A DNA stretch of 64,000 nucleotides, taken from NCBI GenBank assembly GCA_019352195.1, contig JACAFG010000005.1:92287-156286 (forward strand), read 5' to 3'. The first letter of the stretch is position 1. The number at the start of each line of letters is the position of its first letter. The notes under the pieces were generated by a model. That model was not told the origin of the DNA. It worked only from the letters and a program-made list of their open reading frames with translations, and did not search any database. Shown one piece after another: positions 1 to 9,157 of the stretch. Position numbers and translations under genes: made by a program. The DNA comes from Candidatus Saccharimonadota bacterium (GTDB lineage Bacteria > Patescibacteriota > Saccharimonadia > UBA4664).

Positions 1-1046
1 TGGCGAAGTGCCCGGCCCAAATTATTGGCGTAACGGGCACTAAAGGCAAAGGCACGACCACAATGCTGATTGCTAAAATGTGCGAGGCAGCCGGGCGTAA
101 CGTCTTTGTGGGGGGCAATATTGGCTTACCGCCACTAAGCTTTTTGGATGAGGTAACCGCCGATGATCTCGTAGTGCTCGAATTATCGAGTTTTCAGCTG
201 TTTGACGCGACCGTGTCTCCCCATATCGCCGTATGCCTGATGGTGGTTCCCGAACATCTCAATTGGCATCGGGATTTTGCCGAGTATGCGGCGGCCAAAG
301 GCAATATTTTTGCTCATCAAACTGCCGGCGATTTGGCCGTCTATTACCCGCGTAATGACACCTCAAGCCAGCTGGTGGCCCTGTCGCCCGGGCATCATGT
401 GCCATATCTTGAGGCGCCAGGGGCAATTATTGACGGTGATTATGTCAAAATAGACGATCAAACGATCTGTCGTACCGACGAAATTGGCTTACTGGGACCA
501 CATAATCAGCAAAATATTGCGGCGGCAATCACGGCGGTGTGGGAGCTGTTGGACCACAATACCCAGGCCATTGCTGGGGTCGTACGCGACTTCAAAGGTC
601 TCGAACATCGGCTTGAGCTAGCTGGCGTGTATCAAGGCGTGCGCTATTATGATGATTCGTTTGCCACGACGCCCGAAACGGCGATTGCCGCAATCCAGGC
701 CTTTGCGGGCGAAAAAGTCGTTATTTTGGGCGGTGCAGATAAAGGTGCGTCATATGACGAGCTGGCGGGGGTAGTAGAAGATACCAAAGTAATTCACGCC
801 CTGCTTATTGGCGAACAAGCGCCTCGACTCGCCACAGCCCTCGATAAAGCCGGTTTTTCGCATTACACCGTGGTGAAGTGGCAAGGAATGGACTCGCTCG
901 TTCAAACGGCTTCACATTTAGTAGAGCCCGGCGACGTGGTGCTCCTTAGTCCGGGCTGCGCCAGTTTTGGTTTGTTTACCAACTATAAAGATCGGGGTAA
1001 TCAGTTTATGGCGGCCGTCCACGCATTAATTTCGAAAGAGGTGTAG
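1..1046 (+). CDS. murD: UDP-N-acetylmuramoylalanine--D-glutamate ligase (5' partial; reading frame enters the window at nt 3)
   Basis: Mur-ligase P-loop GVTGTKGKGTTT at nt 30-65. Mur ligase central and C-terminal domain pattern follows. Stop at 1044-1046. Confidence 0.8.
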   Translation, partial: AKCPAQIIGVTGTKGKGTTTMLIAKMCEAAGRNVFVGGNIGLPPLSFLDEVTADDLVVLELSSFQLFDATVSPHIAVCLMVVPEHLNWHRDFAEYAAAKGNIFAHQTAGDLAVYYPRNDTSSQLVALSPGHHVPYLEAPGAIIDGDYVKIDDQTICRTDEIGLLGPHNQQNIAAAITAVWELLDHNTQAIAGVVRDFKGLEHRLELAGVYQGVRYYDDSFATTPETAIAAIQAFAGEKVVILGGADKGASYDELAGVVEDTKVIHALLIGEQAPRLATALDKAGFSHYTVVKWQGMDSLVQTASHLVEPGDVVLLSPGCASFGLFTNYKDRGNQFMAAVHALISKEV

Positions 1047-1047
1047 C

Positions 1048-2334
1048 TTGCAGCACGACATAAGCGAACAAACATTGCCGAGCGGAGCCAAGGGGCTGCT
1101 GGTGAATGTCCCGGGAGCACCGGTTTACAACATCGTGGTGCGGTTTAATTCTGGCTACCAATTTGGTAATTTTGAGCGTTTTGAGCTGCCGCATGTGTTG
1201 GAGCATATGATGGGCTGCGGCTCGGCCGCGTACCCGAAACCAAACGAGTTTAAGGTTGAAGTCACCAAAAACGGCGCCTACCGTAATGCTAATACTTCGT
1301 CGCGCGTAAATGGTTACGTGCTTGAATGCGCAGCCTTTGAGTTGCCTCGTATCTTGGATTTGCTCGAAGAATATCTAGCCCGACCTACTTTTCCAGCCGA
1401 AGCTCTGCCTACCGAACTGAGCAACGTGAGCGAAGAGCTCAGCCGAAATATCACTGACCACGACCGGGCGGTAGGGATTGCGTTGTTGGCAAAAAGCTTT
1501 CCGAAGGATTTTATGGCCTATGAGCCTCGTATTAAGCAGCTTTCACGCATCAGCCGAGACGACGTGACCGCATACTACGCGCAAACTCATACGGCTAAAA
1601 ATGCGCGATTTTATATTGCAGGCGACATCGATGAGGCGCGTCAGGCGAGCTTACTGGAGCGTTTGGAGCAGATATTTAGCCAGTTGCCAGAGGGTAAACG
1701 GTTAGTGTACCGCGATGATCCTGGTACTTCGAGCATAGAGACTATTGTGACACAGCGTAGTATTGAACCTTTGTACTATATCTGCGAAGTTTACGGTGGG
1801 GGAATGACCGATCAGGAGCGACGCGCGTTAAAACTGCTACGCGTCATGTTGTTCGGCGGTTTTGCCTCCCGAGTCTACGGTGAGGCGCGCCGGCGCGGTT
1901 TGGCCTATCACATTGGCGGCGGGGTAAACGCCTCGAGTGATTCGTCGGCATTGTCGTTTAGTGGTAACGTGTCGTGGCCCAACGCGGCCCCGTTGTTTGA
2001 ATTAGCGGTAACTGAGATTCTTAAGCTGCGCGACGAGGGCCCATCCGAGGCTGAAGTGCAAGCCGGAATTGATTTAATTATTGGATCCATGGATCGGTCG
2101 CTCCAAACAGCGGGGGACACGATGGGCTATTATTTGGGGCTCTATGATGCCGAAGAACGTATTGTGATGCTGGCCGAAGAGCAGGCGGCAATTCGGGCCT
2201 TAATGCCGAAGGATGTACAGCACGTGGCGCGCATCGCACGGACTGGGGCGGCTCACGGACTGAGTTTGTTGGGTGACCCTAAGCCCGAAGCCCAGTTGGA
2301 ACTAGAGACTATTGCCGCGCGTCTTTGGAGTTAA
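1048..2334 (+). CDS. M16 (pitrilysin/insulinase) family zinc peptidase
   Basis: Inverted zinc motif HVLEH (HxxEH) near the N-terminus. Length about 428 aa. TTG start directly after the murD stop, with an AAAGAGG RBS. Confidence 0.65.
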   Translation: MQHDISEQTLPSGAKGLLVNVPGAPVYNIVVRFNSGYQFGNFERFELPHVLEHMMGCGSAAYPKPNEFKVEVTKNGAYRNANTSSRVNGYVLECAAFELPRILDLLEEYLARPTFPAEALPTELSNVSEELSRNITDHDRAVGIALLAKSFPKDFMAYEPRIKQLSRISRDDVTAYYAQTHTAKNARFYIAGDIDEARQASLLERLEQIFSQLPEGKRLVYRDDPGTSSIETIVTQRSIEPLYYICEVYGGGMTDQERRALKLLRVMLFGGFASRVYGEARRRGLAYHIGGGVNASSDSSALSFSGNVSWPNAAPLFELAVTEILKLRDEGPSEAEVQAGIDLIIGSMDRSLQTAGDTMGYYLGLYDAEERIVMLAEEQAAIRALMPKDVQHVARIARTGAAHGLSLLGDPKPEAQLELETIAARLWS

Positions 2335-2381
2335 GCATAAGCAAAAAGCACAAAAACCGCTCAAAAGCTTGTAAAAATCAT

Positions 2382-2415
2382 TGACACATGCTCCAATTTA
2401 TGATACTTTGAACTA
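2382..2415 (+). promoter_or_regulatory. candidate sigma70-type promoter (TTGACA ... TATGAT/GATACT) in the intergenic region before the GC-rich island
   Basis: TTGACA at 2382-2387 with A/T-rich -10 candidates 15-18 nt downstream. Confidence 0.3.
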
Positions 2416-2602
2416 TCGCTCTGTTGGTGATTGGAAGATTTGTATAGCGAATACTCGCACTGGCAGCTGGACCTTGAAAAGTTGGACAGTCATGGGTCAT
2501 TAAATGAGGCCTGAATTTTAGGTCTTAAATACTGATCCGCGTTATACAAATCAACACACAATACCAACAGTCCATCCTTTCTACTCTCCCAAGGAGGCGG
2601 TC

Positions 2603-3175
2603 ATGACCGCAGATACAAGTTCCAGCGGTTCGACCGCAGGTTCATCTTCCCGCGAGCCGGAATACTTGCACCATGATGCAGTCGTCACCGTTGACGATTT
2701 CAACAATCTGGTGCGGACCTATCGCCGGCTCGGTGGTCTACTGAATCAACTTCAGGTCAAGGTCGATGGTCTTGCGCAGTCGGCTGCAACGCCTTCAGGC
2801 GAAACCGATGCGGACCGAATCGAGCGGAGTTTCGAAATCCTCAAAACGTCGCCCGAGTTTTTGGCGCGCGTTGGGGCTGCCGGAGACTATCTGGACGATT
2901 CCGCCTACTTCGATTCCGGAGTTTACATCACACGGAAGTTCTACTTGGCCGCGGACGCCTTGAAGGCGAACCCGCTTTTTGCGGGTATGTCGGCTCACGA
3001 GCGTGAAGAGATTGTGGCTGTTGCCCTGATCTCGAACGCCATCGAAGATGACACTGACAGGAACAAGAAGAAGCCCGCACGCTGTGAAGCGGTTGCGGCT
3101 GAAATCCTGGACACCATCGCTTTCAAGCTCCTTCCGGAGTACCTCAAAGCCGCCATCGCCCTCGGGCAAAAATAG
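2603..3175 (+). CDS. hypothetical protein (island-encoded, Ser/Thr-rich N-terminus)
   Basis: ORF with an AAGGAGG RBS 6 nt upstream. Lies in a GC-rich segment. No recognisable motif. Confidence 0.4.
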   Translation: MTADTSSSGSTAGSSSREPEYLHHDAVVTVDDFNNLVRTYRRLGGLLNQLQVKVDGLAQSAATPSGETDADRIERSFEILKTSPEFLARVGAAGDYLDDSAYFDSGVYITRKFYLAADALKANPLFAGMSAHEREEIVAVALISNAIEDDTDRNKKKPARCEAVAAEILDTIAFKLLPEYLKAAIALGQK

Positions 3176-3188
3176 ATAAGGAACGCTC

Positions 3189-4253
3189 ATGGCCCGCGCC
3201 TCTGCAGCCACGGTTGGCACAGTCGTGCCGATCGCCCCTCCCACTGGTACGCCGGCGGGAACGCCGACTGCCACCTACGAACTCCTACCGGTGAGCTTGC
3301 TCGCTGTGATGGCCGAAGAGGCCAACAAGCGTGAAGGTGATCTGGCAGGGCGTCCGGGTCGCGTCGAAACTGCCGTTCGCGGCAAGCGACGCAAGCCACG
3401 CCCGGTGAAAGACGCCCTTCCGGGCCAAATGACCGCGGCAGCTTGGTCTAGCGTCCTGTCGAGCGAGATCAGAAATCGCCGCGGGGACTACACGGTTTCC
3501 GACGCCGAGGCGCTCGAAATGGCCATGGTGGCCGCCCCGTCGATTCTCGGTGTGGCGGGGGACAGATCGGCGCTCGGCCCCACGGGGCCCAATGCGTCGG
3601 ACCGTAGCCCGCGCTTCAAGCAGGCGGTGGAACTCGGCATGGCCACACAGAAGCAACGTAAGAAGCTGCTGAATGGTCTGGAAGCCGACGATCATCCGCC
3701 GAAGTGGAAGTGGCTGTGGACACCGATCATGATGATCGTGTTCGCGGCTTTCCTCTACGCCTGCGCAGTTGCGGCAGGCGCGTCGGAGTTTTGGCGCGAT
3801 GTGATCGCGTTGCCCCTCATCGGAGCTATTGTCTGGTGGTTGGTCAACGTCTACAAGCGCCGCTCTGTCGTCACGCCGGCCGTGCTCTATGCGGCTGCCT
3901 GCGCGTTGGCGATCTTGGTGATCGTGCTGAATGCGATCTTGCATTCCGGGTCTCCAACCACCACCGGACCGTCCGCGCCGGCCGATACCGCCCCCATTTC
4001 GACGGGGGACTACAGCGGCGTCAACGCGGAAGACCTGAACTTGGTTCAGGGGATTCTCGTCCATCTGAGCCAGTGCACGGGGAAGTCCGTCAACCCCAGC
4101 TGCAAGATCTGGCTCCCGAGCGACTCCACGACCGGGGCGCTCGTACTCAAGCCGCTCAAGGGAAGCGATGTCGAAGCCTACTGCACGCGGGTGCAGTCGG
4201 CTAGCAGGTCTACCAACGGCGCGATCACGGTACCCGGTTTCTGCACTCCATAG
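3189..4253 (+). CDS. hypothetical membrane protein (3 predicted TM helices, Cys-containing C-terminal ectodomain)
   Basis: AAGGA RBS. Hydrophobic helices (WKWLWTPIMMIVFAAFLYACAVAAG ...). The antisense 730-aa ORF is a GC artefact. Confidence 0.4.
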   Translation: MARASAATVGTVVPIAPPTGTPAGTPTATYELLPVSLLAVMAEEANKREGDLAGRPGRVETAVRGKRRKPRPVKDALPGQMTAAAWSSVLSSEIRNRRGDYTVSDAEALEMAMVAAPSILGVAGDRSALGPTGPNASDRSPRFKQAVELGMATQKQRKKLLNGLEADDHPPKWKWLWTPIMMIVFAAFLYACAVAAGASEFWRDVIALPLIGAIVWWLVNVYKRRSVVTPAVLYAAACALAILVIVLNAILHSGSPTTTGPSAPADTAPISTGDYSGVNAEDLNLVQGILVHLSQCTGKSVNPSCKIWLPSDSTTGALVLKPLKGSDVEAYCTRVQSASRSTNGAITVPGFCTP

Positions 4254-4277
4254 AGCCCAAACTGTGGTGGGGCCCTC

Positions 4278-5369
4278 TTGCACAACGATGCAGTTTTGGC
4301 CGATCTGGAGAAGAGGCTCGCCGGCATGCCGTCGACGCTCGATTCCGGGACGTCTAAGAGCAAGCTCCCGACGTCCGTTCCGCCCACGCGGGCGAGCGCC
4401 GATAACTCCTTCGGGAAGTGGTTGGTGAGGTTGCTCCTGCTCATGGTCGTCGGCGGCATCGTCGCCCTCTTCATGGGCATGACGCCGCAGCCGCAGACCG
4501 CTGCTCCCACCGCCTCGGCCCCGAGGTCGACCGCCCCGGTCGCCGTCCACCACGGTTCGCTGTTGGCCCCGTTCGGCATCACGTCGGGCATCGTCAACGG
4601 CGTGACCGGGCTGACGCCCAAGGCCACGACCCCGGCGAAGCCGGCGGCCAAGCCGAGGGTGGTGACCAAGGCCAAGATCATCATCAAGCGCGCGGCCCCC
4701 AAGCCGATCGCCAAGGTGGTGATCAAGCCGGTGACCAAGCCCCAGGCGTTGGCACCCGCGGCCCGTCCGCAGAGCAACGCCAACACGGTGACCAGCACCG
4801 ACAACCAGACGGCCACCGGCAACTCGGTGGCGACGGTCGTCGCCCAGCCGGCCCCCAAGATGACGCCGGCCCCCGCGCCCGCGAACCAGATCGTCACGGT
4901 TCGCCAGCCGGACCCGTTCAACAAGGTGGTGACCATCGGTCAGCCGAGTCACAAGTCTGACCCGGCCCCCAAGGCCTCCGATCCGGCCCCCAAGGCGGAT
5001 CCCACCCCCAAGGCCGCTCCGGACCCGGTCGTCGTCGTCAAGATCCCGGCCCCCCAGCCGGCACCGGTCGCCAAGAACCCGGCCCCGCAGCCGGCACCGG
5101 GCCCCAAGCCGGCTCCGGTCGCCAAGAACCCGGCTCCGCAGCCGGCACCGGTCGCCCAGAACCCGGCCCCGCAGCCGGCACCGGCCCCCCAGCCGATCGC
5201 CAAGAACGGCAGCGGGGCGCAGACCAACACGCCGGCCGGCGTGACCGATCAGAACACCAAGAGCGCGGTCACTGGGCAGGCCGGCGTCGGCACCGTCGCC
5301 ACCAATTCCGGTGGTAAGGGCGTCACCGACCCGAACCCGACCAACCAGACCGTGACCTTCGGCGGATAG
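4278..5369 (+). CDS. membrane-anchored proline/alanine/lysine-rich repeat protein
   Basis: Single N-terminal TM helix. Then tandem PAPQPAPVAKNPAPQPAP repeats with an actinobacterial-style proline-rich composition. Confidence 0.4.
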   Translation: MHNDAVLADLEKRLAGMPSTLDSGTSKSKLPTSVPPTRASADNSFGKWLVRLLLLMVVGGIVALFMGMTPQPQTAAPTASAPRSTAPVAVHHGSLLAPFGITSGIVNGVTGLTPKATTPAKPAAKPRVVTKAKIIIKRAAPKPIAKVVIKPVTKPQALAPAARPQSNANTVTSTDNQTATGNSVATVVAQPAPKMTPAPAPANQIVTVRQPDPFNKVVTIGQPSHKSDPAPKASDPAPKADPTPKAAPDPVVVVKIPAPQPAPVAKNPAPQPAPGPKPAPVAKNPAPQPAPVAQNPAPQPAPAPQPIAKNGSGAQTNTPAGVTDQNTKSAVTGQAGVGTVATNSGGKGVTDPNPTNQTVTFGG

Positions 5370-5569
5370 TCGGGTCGATCTACTCAGAAAAACCAACTTC
5401 GGTTGGTGCAGTACCTTTTTGCAGTACGTAGTACCGCATTTCCCGCAGTAACCAGCAATACACGCGTGAACGTGCATTACCTTCTTGTTACTACGAGCGC
5501 ACCTCGATTTGTCGCCCCTTGCGATAAATCACCCCGTTATACCCAGAAGTAAACGGTCTGTTACATGAG

Positions 5570-5698
5570 ATCACGATACGGAGCCGCTTGGGCTAATCGT
5601 GATACGCAGCTTGTTGGATACGGAGCCATATGGGCTAATCTAACTAACTGCCACCCGCTAGGGGAGAGATAAGGAGCCGCAAGGGCTAATCTCTCCCC
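5570..5698 (+). repeat. array of three stem-loop units (5570-5603, 5613-5644, 5661-5698). Each has an 18-nt conserved loop A(C/A)GGAGCC-NNNN-GGGCTA and different but self-complementary flanking arms.
   Basis: Unit 1 arms ATCACGAT/ATCGTGAT. Unit 2 arms GTTGGAT/ATCTAAC (a G-U wobble on the + transcript). Unit 3 arms GGGGAGAGAT/ATCTCTCCCC. The cores are near-identical. Confidence 0.6.
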
Positions 5699-5867
5699 GG
5701 CGGAGGACCACTTTATTGGTAATGATCTATGACTGTCCGACTTTAAGAAGCCCACAGCGGTTCTTTTACAACTTGTGACATGGTTCGAATTTCTACATTT
5801 ACCAATGAAAACCAAGGCTTTTAGTCTGGTTTTAAAGCAAATAATAATCCTCACGAAGGAGGCTAAG

Positions 5868-7445
5868 ATGTCCATCAAGACATTTGCTCGTTCTCGTTGG
5901 GGTAAGGTTGCCGCGGCTCTCATCCTCATTGCCGGAATCACGATTCCAGTAACGCAGGTAATGGGCGCCACGGGCACCGATCCTAACTGTCCAAACGACG
6001 GCTACGGCCGTGACTGTAACGATAACTCGCTCATTTATGGTGGCGTTTACACCAAGACTGAGTTCCTTAACCAATTTGACGCTAACAAAGACCGCGTTGG
6101 CCACACTGACCTGCAAGCCATTTATGGCGCCCAGGGTGTGACGCACGCTAACTTTGCCTCGGCCGATACCGTCCCCGGTGTCGTTTACAAAAATGGTGAT
6201 GTTAAAGTTAACGGTGTTACCGTTGCTACCAACACCTGGTCGAGCGGCCGTCAGTACGAGGCTGGATCAATCGCCAAAGACGGCGTTTACTTCCGCCCCG
6301 AACAGGTTGCGTTTATTGCTGACAGCATTCCTGCTTGGATCAACATGAACGGCAAGACGTTTAACTACGCGGTTATCATGTCCTGTGGTAACACGGTTGT
6401 AAGTTCGGCGACGCCCTTTGGCCAGATCTACAAGCGCGTGACTGATGTTACGACAGACCCAACTCACAACTACGCAGCTGACACGAATGCCACTGCTATC
6501 ACCGTTAACCCGGGCGACACGGTTAAATACCAGGTTCGCATCGATAACAACGGTTACGGCGACATGACTAACACGGTTATGACTGACACGTTGCCAACCG
6601 GTGTCGCGCTCTCCAACGGCGGCGATGGCCACCTGGTTGCCAACTTTGGCACCGTTAAGGCCTCGAGCGCGGTTGAAGCCGACATTACCGTTAAGGTGAC
6701 AAAGACAACCGAAGGTTACATCGACAACGAAGCTTGCTTTACCGCCAGCAACGGCCAGTCGGGTTGTGACCACGCGGTTATCCACGTTGTCCCTAAAGCT
6801 ACGCCCACGCCGACTGCTACGCCTACGCCTAGCATGACGCCCACCCCAACACCAAAGCCCACAACGCCAACTCCGACGCCTACGGTCACTCCAACCCCAA
6901 CGCCAACTCCTGTAGAGGAGTTCAGCTGTGGTGGCTTGGCCATTACGCCTAAGAGCGTAGGTTCGCTCGAGTACACCTTTACGATCACTCCCGTCACGAA
7001 GAACGTTACCGTTACTGGTTACATCTACGTGGTAAAGAATGACAAAGGCGTCACGGTAGCTACGCTTACAAGCGGTGCCAATCACAATAGTGTTGGCTAC
7101 ACCTTCCCAAGCGCTGGTAATTACAGCGTAACGGGTCAGGTTGTAACGAACCGTGGTACCACGCCCGTAGTTGAGCTTTGCTCGGCTAATGTGACAGCTG
7201 GCCCAACGGTTACCCCAACTCCTACGCCCACCCCTGGTACACCTACGCCTACCCCAACCCCTTGTACTACGCCTGAAACCGGTACGACTGGTGAAGTTTG
7301 TGGAGCCTCAACTGGCCCTTCAACCTTGCCTGCAACCGGTGGTGCAGCCCTCGGTGGCATTGGCGGCATTGGTGCTATTGGGTACGCCACTCGTGCCTAC
7401 TTGCTCTCTAAGAAGTCACTTATTGACTCTCTGCGCAACAAGTAA
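5868..7445 (+). CDS. LPXTG-anchored cell-surface protein with a Pro/Thr-rich linker
   Basis: GAAGGAGG RBS. N-terminal signal peptide. PT repeats (PTPTATPTPSMTPTPTPKPTTPTPTPT). C-terminal LPATGG followed by a hydrophobic stretch and a KKS tail, the sortase sorting signal. Confidence 0.7.
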   Translation: MSIKTFARSRWGKVAAALILIAGITIPVTQVMGATGTDPNCPNDGYGRDCNDNSLIYGGVYTKTEFLNQFDANKDRVGHTDLQAIYGAQGVTHANFASADTVPGVVYKNGDVKVNGVTVATNTWSSGRQYEAGSIAKDGVYFRPEQVAFIADSIPAWINMNGKTFNYAVIMSCGNTVVSSATPFGQIYKRVTDVTTDPTHNYAADTNATAITVNPGDTVKYQVRIDNNGYGDMTNTVMTDTLPTGVALSNGGDGHLVANFGTVKASSAVEADITVKVTKTTEGYIDNEACFTASNGQSGCDHAVIHVVPKATPTPTATPTPSMTPTPTPKPTTPTPTPTVTPTPTPTPVEEFSCGGLAITPKSVGSLEYTFTITPVTKNVTVTGYIYVVKNDKGVTVATLTSGANHNSVGYTFPSAGNYSVTGQVVTNRGTTPVVELCSANVTAGPTVTPTPTPTPGTPTPTPTPCTTPETGTTGEVCGASTGPSTLPATGGAALGGIGGIGAIGYATRAYLLSKKSLIDSLRNK

Positions 7446-7665
7446 TTGCGGTTTACCAGCGGGGCCTTGGCCCCGTAACGGTAAATTGGCGCCCATCGCT
7501 TTTGGATCGTGATTTTCACGAACCATGTCACTCGTATCAAAGAGGCCCCTCGCGGGCCTCTTTGTCGTGGAATTATTATGGCTTTACAAAGCCACTTATG
7601 CTTGTATAACGAGGTAAAAAAGACTACAGTTATCCATTGATTTACTGAGTTCATAACGGAGAAGA

Positions 7666-8424
7666 ATGATGAAACAAATTTCACGTCTGGTAGCAGCTCT
7701 CGTCCTGGTGGCGCTGGTAAGCCCAGTAACGGCTTTGGCCTCCACGGGCGGACGCGACTGCGACGATAACGCCTTAGTATATTGTGGTGCCTATACCCAA
7801 AGTGAGCTCAACACAAAAATTGCTCAGGGTGATACCAAAAACTCGGCGGCCGATTTGCAGGCCATTTACTCAAGCCGCGGTATGACTACGGCGGCCATTA
7901 ACGCCACCGTTGATGGCACTGTGTCGCAAGATGGCCGCGTGTTTGTGAACGGACACGTGGTGGCGACCGACGCTAAGAGCGACGGGCGCCACAAGCAGCC
8001 AACCGGTTCAGTAGCGGACGGTTCGTTGTGGCTGACGCCGACGCAGGATTCGTTCCTGAGCACATCAATTCAGGCGTTCGTTTATATGAAGAGTGGCGTC
8101 TTTCAGTGGGCCATTCTTAAGTCTTGTGGTAACACGGTGGTAGCCACACCGCCAACGACTCCGACGCCCACCCCGACGGCGACACCAACACCCAAGCCGA
8201 CGCCCACGCTAACTCCCGCGACGACGGTAACGCCGACGCCTACCCCGGTAGCGCCAACTCCTACGCCAACCCCGACCCCAACGCCCACGCCGCTGCCATC
8301 AACTGGTCCCGAAGCGCCGATTGCCGGTGTTATGGGGCTCACGGGCATCGGTTACGCTGCGCGCAGCTACTACGCCAGTCGTAACAAGTTGCGCAACGCC
8401 CTGCGCAAGATTGTGGATAAATAG
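7666..8424 (+). CDS. LPXTG-anchored cell-surface protein, paralog of 5868..7445
   Basis: Shared N-terminal domain (DC(D/N)DN(A/S)L(V/I)Y ... DLQAIY ... SCGNTVV). PT linker. C-terminal LPSTG followed by a hydrophobic stretch and an RNK tail. Confidence 0.7.
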   Translation: MMKQISRLVAALVLVALVSPVTALASTGGRDCDDNALVYCGAYTQSELNTKIAQGDTKNSAADLQAIYSSRGMTTAAINATVDGTVSQDGRVFVNGHVVATDAKSDGRHKQPTGSVADGSLWLTPTQDSFLSTSIQAFVYMKSGVFQWAILKSCGNTVVATPPTTPTPTPTATPTPKPTPTLTPATTVTPTPTPVAPTPTPTPTPTPTPLPSTGPEAPIAGVMGLTGIGYAARSYYASRNKLRNALRKIVDK

Positions 8425-8471
8425 CCAAGATTGGCGTTCGTTTTTCGTTCGGTTTGATAAATAACATCAAA

Positions 8472-8500
8472 AAAAGGCTTAACTGAGCCTTTTTTTGATG
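8472..8500. terminator. bidirectional intrinsic terminator (AAAAAAAGGCT-TAACTG-AGCCTTTTTTT)
   Basis: GC stem flanked by A-run and T-run, downstream of the surface-protein gene. Confidence 0.6.
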
Positions 8501-8537
8501 AGCAGGGAATTTGAAAAGAAACGCTTGTGCTACTAGA

Positions 8538-8590
8538 CAGTGGGTAGGAGAGGGTACTATACTGGTTTCAGTGGGTTCCGGTGGGTGAGA
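8538..8590 (+). promoter_or_regulatory. Pmra promoter region with three direct GTGGGT (MraZ-box-like) repeats
   Basis: GTGGGT at 8540-8545, 8571-8576 and 8581-8586; the last two have 10-bp periodicity. TATACT -10 at 8559-8564, directly upstream of mraZ. Confidence 0.5.
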
Positions 8591-8611
8591 CCAAACCACA
8601 AAGAGGCGCAC

Positions 8612-8977
8612 ATGGATTACTTTCAACACAAACTTGATGACAAAAACCGACTCACGCTACCAGCGGAGCTTCACCAAGAGTTTGTAAGTGGTCTTGTACT
8701 CGCCCAAGGGTTTGACTCAACCATCTTTCTATACCCGCAGCACCTTTGGACAAATGCTGTCGAACGAGCTCTGGCTGGTGAGGTTATTGATGAAGAAAAT
8801 TTTCGTCGCAACCGCCAACTGCGGCGCGGTAAAGTAGCAAGCAAACTCGATGCCAAACAAGGCCGAGTCACGCTGCCACAGCATCTACTGGATTACGCCG
8901 GCATCACCAAAATGGTGAGTGCTACCCGAATTACGACGTCGGCAGGATCATATTGGGCCCTCGAAAGCCAACAGTAG
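8612..8977 (+). CDS. mraZ: transcriptional regulator MraZ
   Basis: MDYFQHKLDDKNRLTLPAEL ... RVTLPQHLLDYAGI duplicated SpoVT/AbrB-like halves. First gene of the dcw cluster. The annotated longer ORF starts at 8540. Confidence 0.7.
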   Translation: MDYFQHKLDDKNRLTLPAELHQEFVSGLVLAQGFDSTIFLYPQHLWTNAVERALAGEVIDEENFRRNRQLRRGKVASKLDAKQGRVTLPQHLLDYAGITKMVSATRITTSAGSYWALESQQ

Positions 8978-9132
8978 CCAAGAATCGTTATTATCCCTGC
9001 TCATTAAAATATCAAAACAAACATTTTAAAGTCAGCTACTCGGCAGTCAGCAGCGGTCCCTTGGGCCCCCGCAACAAATTGAGCCTAGTACCTGTATCGA
9101 AACCAAACTCCACCTCACAACACTCTCTTTTT

Positions 9133-9157
9133 AGGAATTATCACGTTGATAATTCCT
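9133..9157. promoter_or_regulatory. perfect 11-bp inverted repeat AGGAATTATCA-cgt-TGATAATTCCT (operator-like palindrome) between mraZ and rsmH
   Basis: Seen directly in the sequence. The stem is too AT-rich for a terminator. Confidence 0.35.

Noticed and set aside
3285-5477. 730-aa minus-strand ORF (RG/LG-rich) spanning the first GC-rich island
   Set aside because: The composition-driven antisense ORF is typical of high-GC DNA. The plus-strand ORFs have RBSs, TM helices and sensible repeats. The minus translation is low-complexity Arg/Gly and has no start context.
5561-5977. 138-aa minus-strand ORF across the hairpin array
   Set aside because: Its translation merely echoes the three repeats (LALAAPY / LAHMAPY / LAQAAPY). 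The G-U pairing supports a plus-strand RNA structure instead.
6267-8348. Minus-strand ORFs translating as GVGVGV ... repeats (6267..7085, 6716..6997, 7136..7390, 8103..8348)
   Set aside because: They are the antisense of the Pro/Thr (ACNCCN) linker repeats of the two surface-protein genes. No independent coding signal.
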